From a candidate division FCPU426 bacterium (GTDB taxonomy: Bacteria > Oederibacteriota > Muellerivitia > Muellerivitales > Muellerivitaceae): DNA of 64,000 nt. Position numbers and translations under genes: made by a program. Positions within the stretch are counted from its first letter, which is position 1; each line of letters begins with the position of its first letter. The notes below the pieces were generated by a model. It saw only the letters and a program-made list of their open reading frames with translations, made no database searches and was not told where the DNA came from. The stretch spans positions 273,268-337,267 of the forward strand of contig CAWCKJ010000012.1 of the NCBI GenBank assembly GCA_963796105.1, in the 5' to 3' direction. Positions 20,561 to 28,605 of this stretch are shown here, in pieces.

Positions 20561-21639
20561 GGCTTTCCTCCGTTTGGGGGTGGCGTCAGGCCTAAACGTT
20601 CCCGGTTGTAATTGTTTTTCTGGACCGCCTCGCACCAATCCAGGTGGTCCAAATACCATTTCACCGTCTCCCGGATGCCCTGTTCCAGGGTCCGGCGGGG
20701 TTTCCAACCCAGTTCCCTTTCGGCAAGCGAGGGATCGATGGCGTAGCGGCGGTCGTGGCCAGGCCGGTCCTTCACGAAGCGGATCAAGTCCTGGTAGCTC
20801 TTCTTGCCTTTCTCGATGAGGAAATTGTTGGTTTTAGCCGGCTTGATTTCCTCCAAAACCCCCAAAACGGTTCCAAGCAATTCTAGGTTGGCGCGTTCCG
20901 ACCTGGCTCCGAACAAATAATGCGCTCCCAACCTTCCCTTTAAGAGGGCGGCCATGACCCCTTCGGCGTGGTCTTCCACATGGATCCAATCCCTGACCTG
21001 CATTCCATCCCCATAAACAGGAAGGTCCTTCCCTTCCAGGGCGTTTAGGATCATGAGGGGAATCAATTTTTCGGGGAACTGATAAGGCCCATAATTGTTG
21101 GAGCAGTTGGTCACGACCACCGGGAACCCGTAGGTTTCATGGTAAGCCCGGGCCAAGTGATCCGCCGCGGCCTTGCTGGCGGAATAGGGTGAATTGGGCG
21201 CGTAGGGACTGTTCTCGGTAAAGACCCCCGTCTTGCCCAAGGCCCCGAAAACCTCGTCGGTGGAGATTAGGACGAACTTGAATCCGGCGGGCAGTCCCTT
21301 TGTCCTTTTGCAGGCTTCCAGAAGCTCGAAGGTCCCCATGACGTTGGTGGTGAGGAACCTGGAGGGATCGTCGATGGAACGGTCCACGTGGGTCTCCGCG
21401 GCGAAATGGACGACCGCGGCGGGTTTATGGGTTTCCACCAACTCCCTTACCAATTTCCTATCGGCGATATCACCCTTGATAAAGGTAAAACCCGGCTTAT
21501 CGCGCACATCGTCCAAAGTGCTTTCGTTGCTGGCGTAAGTCAGCAGGTCCAGGACCACCGCCTCATGCCCGGCGGCCAATGTTTTCCGGACGAAACAGGA
21601 CCCGATGAACCCCGCCCCGCCCGTGATGATAATTTTCAT
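20557..21639 (-). CDS. rmlB: dTDP-glucose 4,6-dehydratase
   Basis: TGGAGFIGS, AAETHVDRSI, STDEV, YSASK, DRPGHDRRY. Confidence 0.97.
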   Translation of the reverse strand: MKIIITGGAGFIGSCFVRKTLAAGHEAVVLDLLTYASNESTLDDVRDKPGFTFIKGDIADRKLVRELVETHKPAAVVHFAAETHVDRSIDDPSRFLTTNVMGTFELLEACKRTKGLPAGFKFVLISTDEVFGALGKTGVFTENSPYAPNSPYSASKAAADHLARAYHETYGFPVVVTNCSNNYGPYQFPEKLIPLMILNALEGKDLPVYGDGMQVRDWIHVEDHAEGVMAALLKGRLGAHYLFGARSERANLELLGTVLGVLEEIKPAKTNNFLIEKGKKSYQDLIRFVKDRPGHDRRYAIDPSLAERELGWKPRRTLEQGIRETVKWYLDHLDWCEAVQKNNYNRERLGLTPPPNGGKP

Positions 21640-21711
21640 GTTTTTCCCCGTTGTTTATTTGCCGGATAGTTTAACAGCAAAAAATTTGTTTATCATTTTT
21701 AATAGTTCATG

Positions 21712-22003
21712 CAACTCCTTTCCAAAATAGACTTTAGCCACAGATGCAGGGGATACATGGGATTTAAAAAAACATAAATTTAAAGCCATTTTTTCTTTGT
21801 TCTATCCGTGTGCATCCCCTGAATCCGTGCCGATCAACCATAAAAATATATTGAGTTCGGTACAGTACCAGCCTCCTTCCACTATTTTAAGTAAGGCTGG
21901 CACGTGGCAAAGGACTTGGTTTTGTTTAAGGCCTTTTCGATTTAAAAATATCTGGTTTTATTTATCGTCGTTAAATGAATTTTGTTTAATTTGGACGGCT
22001 ATG
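21712..22003. mobile_element. MITE-like element carrying a nested 77-bp insert (21827-21903)
   Basis: Homologous to 36712-36923 plus a 77-bp insertion; right end ATTTGGACGGCTATG. Confidence 0.75.
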
Positions 22004-22040
22004 AGTTTGGGACGAAAAACCAGGAATAAGGACGGACGTG

Positions 22041-22910
22041 TCAGGCGTTTTTGAAGTAATTTTCCTCGGCCAAATAACGCTTCAGGGCTTCCCGCCAGGG
22101 GACCAGTGGTTTACGGGAAACAGAACGGGCTTTGGATAAATCAAACCTGGAATTTCCAGGCCTCTTGGCCGGGCGTGAAAATCGGTCGGAAGTAACAGGA
22201 AGGACTTGGCAGTTCTTTAAACCCATTTCATCCCGAATCGCGAGAGTCAAGCCGTGCCAAGAGACATAACCCTCGTTGGCGTAATGGTAAAAACCGGCAG
22301 GCGGTTTGGTTTCGGCGATATCCAACATGAATTGGGCCAAATCCTCGGTGTAAGTAGGCCCCCCAACTTGGTCATCCACCACCTCCACCCTTTCTTTTTG
22401 CGACATCAGGCCCGCCATGGTCTTCACGAAATTCTTGCCGTTGGGCCCGTAAAGCCAGCTCGTTCGTATGATCCAACCGAGCGTCCCAGCTTCCTGGAAC
22501 CTCCATTCGCCCTCCCATTTGGTCCGCCCGTACCCATTCAAGGGTTTGGGGGTGTCTGTTTCTTTCCAGGGCTCTGTTCCCTTGCCGTCGAAAACATAGT
22601 CGGTGGAAATATGGATCATCCAGCGGTTTAATTCCTTGGATAACTTGGCCATATCCCCTACGGCTGGGCCGTTGATACGGAAGGCCGTGGGATATTGAAG
22701 CGGGTCCTCGCATGCGTCCACATTGGTGAATGCGGAACAGTTAATTGTCCCCTCGAAAATTTCCGACTTATATAAAGCCTCCAAAGCCTTGGGATCCATC
22801 AAATCGAGTTGGTCCAGGGTGGGAGCGATCAATTCGTGTCCGGCCTTGCGGAATACTTCTTTCACCTTCGCCGCCAGCATTCCCGATTCTCCGATTAAAG
22901 CGATCTTCAT
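22041..22910 (-). CDS. rmlD: dTDP-4-dehydrorhamnose reductase
   Basis: GESGML, AFTNVDACE, HISTDYVFDG, YGRTK, RTSWLY. Confidence 0.96.
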   Translation of the reverse strand: MKIALIGESGMLAAKVKEVFRKAGHELIAPTLDQLDLMDPKALEALYKSEIFEGTINCSAFTNVDACEDPLQYPTAFRINGPAVGDMAKLSKELNRWMIHISTDYVFDGKGTEPWKETDTPKPLNGYGRTKWEGEWRFQEAGTLGWIIRTSWLYGPNGKNFVKTMAGLMSQKERVEVVDDQVGGPTYTEDLAQFMLDIAETKPPAGFYHYANEGYVSWHGLTLAIRDEMGLKNCQVLPVTSDRFSRPAKRPGNSRFDLSKARSVSRKPLVPWREALKRYLAEENYFKNA

Positions 22911-22918
22911 TAATGCTC

Positions 22919-23344
22919 CTATTCTTTCCTGAAAATCCCGCCCTTATTTTTCCGAGTCACTTCCCAGAATCCCCTCGGCGAAAGAATAACGGTTTTCTTG
23001 AACTTCTTCAAAACCAATAAATCCTCGTCACCTGTAACGATAAAGTCCGCCTGGCAAGTCAAAGCCAGGCCAAGGATGGGAAGGTCTTTCGAGTCGCGGC
23101 AAGTATTCGGGGGAACAACCTGAGGGATTCCGAGAGTACTATTGGATTTTATGTATTCCAGGTTTTGCTCAGCTGACTCTTTTGACATCTTTACTTTTTT
23201 GAAAAACCCGGCATGGATTTCAGCCAACAGGTGTTCGCTCATGAAAACATCATGGTTTTCGATGCAAAGTTCATAAAGATCGTTGCAAATTCCATGGGTC
23301 GCGAAAGCCGCGATGAGGACATTTGCGTCTAAAATAATTCTCAC
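22919..23344 (-). CDS. PIN-domain toxin
   Basis: ILDANVLIAA, CRDSKD, ADFIVTGDEDLL. Confidence 0.9.
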   Translation of the reverse strand: MRIILDANVLIAAFATHGICNDLYELCIENHDVFMSEHLLAEIHAGFFKKVKMSKESAEQNLEYIKSNSTLGIPQVVPPNTCRDSKDLPILGLALTCQADFIVTGDEDLLVLKKFKKTVILSPRGFWEVTRKNKGGIFRKE

Positions 23345-23559
23345 TTCAAGGCCTTGAACACATCCTCATCGGTATAAAGGCCTTGGGCCTCGGCATAGGG
23401 GATCGTCTTATCCCGTAATTCCCGGAAACGGCGGATAGCCACATACCGGCGGAGGGATTCCCGCACCACGTCGCTGACAGAAACATGCTCATACTCGATA
23501 AGTTTTTGTAGTTCTGAGCCCAATTCTTTGGGTATGCGGATTGTGATGGTTTGTTTCAT
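23341..23559 (-). CDS. CopG/RHH antitoxin
   Basis: TITIRIPKEL...SVSDVVRESLRRY...TDEDVF; AGGAG RBS; coupled to the PIN gene. Confidence 0.88.
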   Translation of the reverse strand: MKQTITIRIPKELGSELQKLIEYEHVSVSDVVRESLRRYVAIRRFRELRDKTIPYAEAQGLYTDEDVFKALK

Positions 23560-23571
23560 GTCGGGCTCCTT

Positions 23572-23608
23572 TGTAATACAACGTATTACAAATACCATCC
23601 CTTGTCAA
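23572..23608 (-). promoter_or_regulatory. TA promoter with palindromic operator
   Basis: TGTAATAC-AAC-GTATTACA palindrome; TTGACA-N17-TACGTT on the minus strand. Confidence 0.7.
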
Positions 23609-23890
23609 CCACAGCGCCCGCGGCGCAGAGCAATAGAACAATAGAAAACAGAAAGTGGATTTAAAGATACTGCGGTCAATTGTTCAATTGCTCAATTTTC
23701 AAGGAATTGCGGGTTTATCTACCTTCGCTTTCTCACTACGCCCTATGGGTTTCTTCCTTTGCTAAAGCTACGGAAGACCGGTCTGAGACAGGCAGCTTCG
23801 GCAGACAAGTCGTGCAGCTTTCTATCGGGAAGCTAGGAGGAATATCGGAAAAACGAGGCCCGGCGAAAAACCGGGCCGAGGCGGAAACTT

Positions 23891-24250
23891 TTAACGGGCA
23901 AAGGCTAAAGCGCTTTGTCCCTTCTTATCCTTTTTCATCTTCTCGATGGAAAGATCATATCCGGCGTAGTTGATTATTTTTAAAATGGTCCTGAAGTCGG
24001 GAGTAACTTTTCCCAAAAGGGACTTATAAAGAGCCTGGCGGTTTAGTCCTGTCCCCCGCGCAAGCTTACCTACCCCCCCCAGGGCCGTTACCAGGTCATG
24101 GAGGTTATCCATTAAAACAGGCAAATCCTTTTCAGTGATAAGGCCTTTGAGATATTCCGCCCGAAAAACTTCATCCCTTTTAAGTTCCTTGACAGTCCAC
24201 CCGTGCAGATCAAACGGCACAGCCGGTGAAATCGGTTTATTTTTTTTCAT
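23891..24250 (-). CDS. Addiction module antidote protein (HTH, HigA-like)
   Basis: GGVGKLARGTGLNRQALYKSL...PDFRTILKI. Confidence 0.88.
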   Translation of the reverse strand: MKKNKPISPAVPFDLHGWTVKELKRDEVFRAEYLKGLITEKDLPVLMDNLHDLVTALGGVGKLARGTGLNRQALYKSLLGKVTPDFRTILKIINYAGYDLSIEKMKKDKKGQSALAFAR

Positions 24251-24259
24251 ATCCCCCCC

Positions 24260-24595
24260 CTACCTCTTTCTCTTCTTGTAATCCACCCAATAACTTCTCG
24301 CAAGGTTGATATCCCGTTGTTGGCGGTGTTTCTCTCCTCCGCAAAGCAAAATCACCAATACCGGGCCGTCCTGGCCAAAATAAACACGGTAACCCGGCCC
24401 TACATCAACAACAAAACCCCAAACCCCTCCGCCTACATCATCACAATGTCCAAGACTTCCCCGGCTGACCCTGTCCAACCGATCCCGGATAGCCTTTTTA
24501 GCCTTTCCATCCCTTAACCCCACAAGCCAAATGGTAAAGGGCTTCATTCCCTCCGAGGTTTGGTACTCCAAAAGAGTCCGCAGCCTTGCTTCCAT
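24260..24595 (-). CDS. RelE/ParE-family addiction module killer toxin
   Basis: RLDRVSRGSLG, GPGYRVYF, ILLCGGEK...DINLA. Confidence 0.9.
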   Translation of the reverse strand: MEARLRTLLEYQTSEGMKPFTIWLVGLRDGKAKKAIRDRLDRVSRGSLGHCDDVGGGVWGFVVDVGPGYRVYFGQDGPVLVILLCGGEKHRQQRDINLARSYWVDYKKRKR

Positions 24596-24601
24596 TGGTA
24601 G

Positions 24602-24630
24602 ATTGTCGCCCAAAAACGACATAGATTCAA
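24602..24630 (-). promoter_or_regulatory. TA promoter/operator
   Basis: TTGAAT-N17-GACAAT overlapping the TGTCG-N8-CGACA inverted repeat. Confidence 0.55.
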
Positions 24631-24665
24631 GTCTCATTATGGCATCTGCTTACCGCCCCTTTTCC

Positions 24666-25210
24666 ATGCCAAAAGTACCTCGACTTATGCCAACAAAGAT
24701 TCCGGTCTATGCCAGCAGGTAATCCGACTCTGCCAGCAGGAGTGCCAGCGCCTGCCAGCAGTACCCCGACTCATGCCCACAGGGCTTCCGGGCCATGCCT
24801 ACAGGGACCTCTGCCCCTGCCCATGCCTACATGGCCACCGGATGGCGGAAACCACGTCACGGGATGGCGGAAAACCGACCCCAGATGGTGGAAATCTCGT
24901 CATCGGATGGCGGAAAGCCCTGTTCCCGGCTTAAATCCAGCTGTTCCCAGGTTATCCCGGCCTGTTCTCGGCTTAAGTCCTGTTGTTCCCGGGTTATCTC
25001 GGACTGTTCCCGGCTTAAGTCCAGCTGTTCCCGGGTTATCCCGGCCTGTTCCCGGCTTAAGTCCAGTTGTTCCCAGCTTATCTCGGCCTGTTCCCGGCTT
25101 AAGACCAACTGTTCCCGGCTTAAGTCCAACTGTTCCCGGGTTATCCCAGTTCCCGGCTTAAATCCAGCTGTTCCCAGGTTATCTCGGCCTTTTCCCGGCT
25201 TAAGTCCAAG
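24666..25210. repeat. Three-part array of 21-22-bp phased repeats
   Basis: TGCC(AGCAG) x8, GATGGCGGAAA x4, then TGTTCCC 21-bp units, mostly alternating two variants. Confidence 0.9.
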
Positions 25211-25375
25211 AATTCTCTGGTTCCAGGCCAGTACCAGCGGTTCCAGACCGGTTCCGGGCCGGTTCCAGAGTTTCAGGGTTTCAGGGCAGCATGCGGTGAG
25301 CGACCAACAGGAGTCGAATCCGTTCCCGAGTTCCAGTGGTTCCAAGCCTGCCTCCCGAAGCTTAATGCATAGGGA

Positions 25376-25744
25376 GGGCTAGTTCCCGAGCTTGTCGAGG
25401 GGTTCCCGGCCCTTCGGCAAGCTCAGGGCGGGATATCCCAAGCGAGGGATCGGGGAGCTTATGGCTGAATCCGGGCTTGGAAAAGGCGTTTGATTTCATA
25501 CCGCTCAGAAAGCGGCTTCGCGCTTGAAAAAACTTGGTTCTTGCTGGATAGCTGGCCTAGGGGCCGGTAAGGATTAACTGAGCGCCAGGCAGTTGGGAAA
25601 TAGCCTACCGAAAAGCCCGGAACTGGTGGGTCATGCGGCTCACTATTGGGAAGCTTTCAGAAATATCGAAAAAGCGGTACAAGGAGGCGGAACGCCCAAA
25701 AAGAGTAGACAAGCAAGCAACTTGCTATTTACGAGACGCTAGAA
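25376..25744. repeat. ~370-bp direct repeat, copy A (possible structured RNA)
   Basis: Colinear with 26487-26852. Confidence 0.88.
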
Positions 25745-26046
25745 AAATTCTTTTTTGAAAAAGAAACATTGATACGTAAATTGAAGGCGGAAAGAATCTT
25801 TGCCAAGCTATCCCAGCGGGGATTTCCCTTTTTGGAGATAATTTTATATATTGCCGGACGCGTAAGATGTGTTTCCTTCGCAAGCCAAGCAACTCCCCCC
25901 ATAGCCTCGGCGCAATCTTCCAGGACGGATAAAAGGATTTTGGGGTCCCCGTCTTCAAGTGCGGCGTTGATATATCCGATCCGATGTTCCGGGTTTTTTA
26001 ATCTTTCAATTAAATCATCATGGTAACTTACTGACCTATTTCCCAT
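25729..26046 (-). CDS. Addiction module antidote protein (HTH, HigA-like)
   Basis: YINAALEDGD...GGVAWLAKETHLTRPAIYKIIS.KGNP; start MGNRS after a GGGGGG RBS. Confidence 0.88.
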   Translation of the reverse strand: MGNRSVSYHDDLIERLKNPEHRIGYINAALEDGDPKILLSVLEDCAEAMGGVAWLAKETHLTRPAIYKIISKKGNPRWDSLAKILSAFNLRINVSFSKKNFSSVS

Positions 26047-26062
26047 TTTTACACCCCCCCAA

Positions 26063-26413
26063 TTAACCTTTGTCTTTCGCCTTATCATTTTTCTTAAAAT
26101 CTTCCCAAAAAGCGATGGCCTGCTGAATGTCCTTATTTTGCCTTTTCTTGTTCCCGCCAACCAAAAGCAAAACCACTTTTTGGCTATCGGTCAACCCGTA
26201 ATAAATCCGAGTCCCCGGTCCATCGTCAAAAATCAAAGCCCAAACCCCACCCCCCTCGGAATGGTGGTCGCCAAAAAGACCCTTCTCGACCCTGTTCAAA
26301 CGAACATTGACAAGAGATTGAACATTTATCGATTGTTCGTCCAGCCAAAGCCTATAAGGCTTCTTCCCTTCCACGTTCTGGTAAATCTCGATTGTTCGTG
26401 GTATAGCCTCCAT
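26063..26413 (-). CDS. RelE/ParE-family addiction module killer toxin
   Basis: RLNRVEKGLFGD, GPGTRIYY, LLLVGGNK...DIQQA; paralog of 24260-24595. Confidence 0.9.
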   Translation of the reverse strand: MEAIPRTIEIYQNVEGKKPYRLWLDEQSINVQSLVNVRLNRVEKGLFGDHHSEGGGVWALIFDDGPGTRIYYGLTDSQKVVLLLVGGNKKRQNKDIQQAIAFWEDFKKNDKAKDKG

Positions 26414-26428
26414 GCTTACCCTTCATAG

Positions 26429-26467
26429 AAACTATAGTTTACACATCTTGAAATGTCAACTATAGTT
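26429..26467 (-). promoter_or_regulatory. Sigma70 promoter with two operator palindromes
   Basis: TTGACA-N17-TATAGT; AAACTATAGTTT covers the -10 and AACTATAGTT abuts the -35. Confidence 0.8.
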
Positions 26468-26486
26468 TCACGGTTCTCGGGGTTCT

Positions 26487-26852
26487 GGGCTAGTTCCCGA
26501 GTTCTGGGGTTCCCGGCCCTTCGGCAGGCTCAGGGCGGGATATCCCAAGCGAGGGATCGGGGAACTTATGGCCGAATCCGGGCTGGGAAAGAGCGTTCGA
26601 TTTCATGCCTTTCAGTAAGCAGCTTCGCGCTTGGAAAAACTTGGTTCTTGCTGAATGGCTGGCCTAGGGGCTGGTAAGGGCCAACTGGGCACCAGGCAGT
26701 TAGGAAATAGCCTCCCGAAAAGCCCGGAACTGTTGGATCGCGCGGCTCACTATTAGGAAGCTTTCAGAAATATCGAAAAAGCGGTACAAGGAGGTGGAAT
26801 GCCCAAAAAGAGGAGACAAGTAGAACGTCAGGCCATTTACGAGACGCAAGAA
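26487..26852. repeat. ~370-bp direct repeat, copy B
   Basis: Colinear with 25376-25744. Confidence 0.88.
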
Positions 26853-26922
26853 TAAAACAAGCTGATCAACATTGTGAAGGGTGGAAAAGCTTGTCACGCT
26901 TATCAGAAATTCGAGGATGTCC

Positions 26923-28491
26923 CTAGTGGCCTTTTGGCGGAATACCTGAAAATTGATTTGAAGGAATAAACTTCGGATTAGCGGTTGAACTGGATGATTG
27001 GCATATATATATCCCGTATCCCTCTCTTTTCCCCTGTGAAAAATTTCGGAGGAAACGAAAATCCTTTGGAGCGTCCTGTATTGGGTAGGTGGTAATAATA
27101 AGGACATCCCCTTTTTCGCGACCCAGCCGATGGACAATTTCACCCCATTGAGAGCCGCTTAAAGGCATATCCACAAATCGGTCGCGAACGTAGAAAAAAC
27201 TGGATCGATCATTCGCCGCCTCAATAATCGGACGGTCTAAATAAGCACTGATGGTTGTCATGAAGGGTGCAATGGAACCAACAATTGGCAAATCCTGTAA
27301 ATTGTTTTCTTTTATATAAATGGCCACTTCTCTTCCAGTTGAAAAGGGCATTCTTAATTCCCCTAAGTTGAAGTCCACGCTTCCAGCTAGTGATACTAAG
27401 AGCGTAAAAATCATAAATGGCTTCCAAAGAAATTGCCCGGTGTTACGCAGAAATCGGGGTAATTTTAATTCCTTGATGTAACCGAACCCATCTGCTTGGG
27501 CTATCCATTGGGAGCAAAGGAATAAAACGAGAATAAAGCCGGACCATCTTGGGCTCATTCCAATAAAATATCCATTTATCCAAACAAAAGACCAAATTCC
27601 AAGAAAACCAACTGAAAGCAATACCAATGACAGGTGGTTTCGTACGGCACAAAGAAAGGCCCCTAGCACAAGAAATACTGCGGGCAAAGTCATGGAAGCA
27701 CTTGGTTGCTGACCGATATTAGACCAAGGGCGTAAAGGGAAGAAGGCCTGCAATACTCCCTGTGATTCGATAGAAAATCTTTTTAAATCAAGTGAAAAAT
27801 TAATAAGAGAATACGGACTGTCCGCAGGCGGCTTTATTTCCACTACTGCCAAAATAATCCCGAGTATCACTAAAACAATTGCGAATCCTAAGGAAGTGGA
27901 AATGTGGGGCACAGAAGAGACCTTTTTTATCCTGCGCATAAATTCATCAAATAACCATAAAAAAGAGAAAGATATAGCAAAGATTGTTCCGAAAACATCA
28001 ACCTGGGTCAAAACAAACAACAGGATAGCCATGAGAAGTACTCTGCGTTTAGGGGAACAAAAAGCCGCAGTAAAAGCAAAAGCTAAGGCAACAACTAAGG
28101 AATATCCCCGGCTGATGATGGCGTACTCACAAAATGGGTAATATCCAGCCGCAAATAATATTTTTATCCAGCGTGAAAAAGGCGCATATCTAAAAACCAC
28201 CCAAACAGAGAAAGTGGCAATAAGGATATGGAACAACTGCATGATGACAGGGTTATTCCAAATAATTGAGAGGAACCAAATACAAAGAAACCAGAGGCAA
28301 GGATGACCTTCATAACGAATGTTATGGAACAATTGGAAAAGGGATAAACTTTTGTGGGCAATCACCCAGACTTGGAGTTCATCCCCCCACATGGAGTGAT
28401 TTAAAATTCGGATTAAACCTATAAGGAAAAACGCGCTTAATAATATCCAAAGGTTTTTCCGGCTGAATTGATATTCGGAATTCTCAGACAA
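26923..28491 (-). CDS. Polytopic membrane protein, putative GT-C-type glycosyltransferase
   Basis: HSMWGDE and RYEGHP in the first loop, many TM segments; AT-richer than flanks. Confidence 0.65.
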   Translation of the reverse strand: MSENSEYQFSRKNLWILLSAFFLIGLIRILNHSMWGDELQVWVIAHKSLSLFQLFHNIRYEGHPCLWFLCIWFLSIIWNNPVIMQLFHILIATFSVWVVFRYAPFSRWIKILFAAGYYPFCEYAIISRGYSLVVALAFAFTAAFCSPKRRVLLMAILLFVLTQVDVFGTIFAISFSFLWLFDEFMRRIKKVSSVPHISTSLGFAIVLVILGIILAVVEIKPPADSPYSLINFSLDLKRFSIESQGVLQAFFPLRPWSNIGQQPSASMTLPAVFLVLGAFLCAVRNHLSLVLLSVGFLGIWSFVWINGYFIGMSPRWSGFILVLFLCSQWIAQADGFGYIKELKLPRFLRNTGQFLWKPFMIFTLLVSLAGSVDFNLGELRMPFSTGREVAIYIKENNLQDLPIVGSIAPFMTTISAYLDRPIIEAANDRSSFFYVRDRFVDMPLSGSQWGEIVHRLGREKGDVLIITTYPIQDAPKDFRFLRNFSQGKREGYGIYICQSSSSTANPKFIPSNQFSGIPPKGH

Positions 28492-28605
28492 AGGTACCTG
28501 ACCTATCTATTCCACATAAAAGGGTTTTCTAAATCGTTGATTAGTCTACTTAGTTCAATATCACTTCTCCATTCGTAATATTTAACGTCTGTTATAATCC
28601 ACCTC

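Noticed and set aside
23680..23973. 97-aa ORF containing SFAKATEDR
   Set aside because: Translation of a REP-like repeat (CCTTTGCTAAAGCTACGG); likewise LRQAQG in 26453-26677
24709..25382. Repeat-encoded ORFs (VPGLSP, CSRLKS, LSREQ heptads)
   Set aside because: Open in several frames only because of 21-bp periodicity, with no convincing RBS; the minus-strand LSREQ coiled-coil reading cannot be fully excluded
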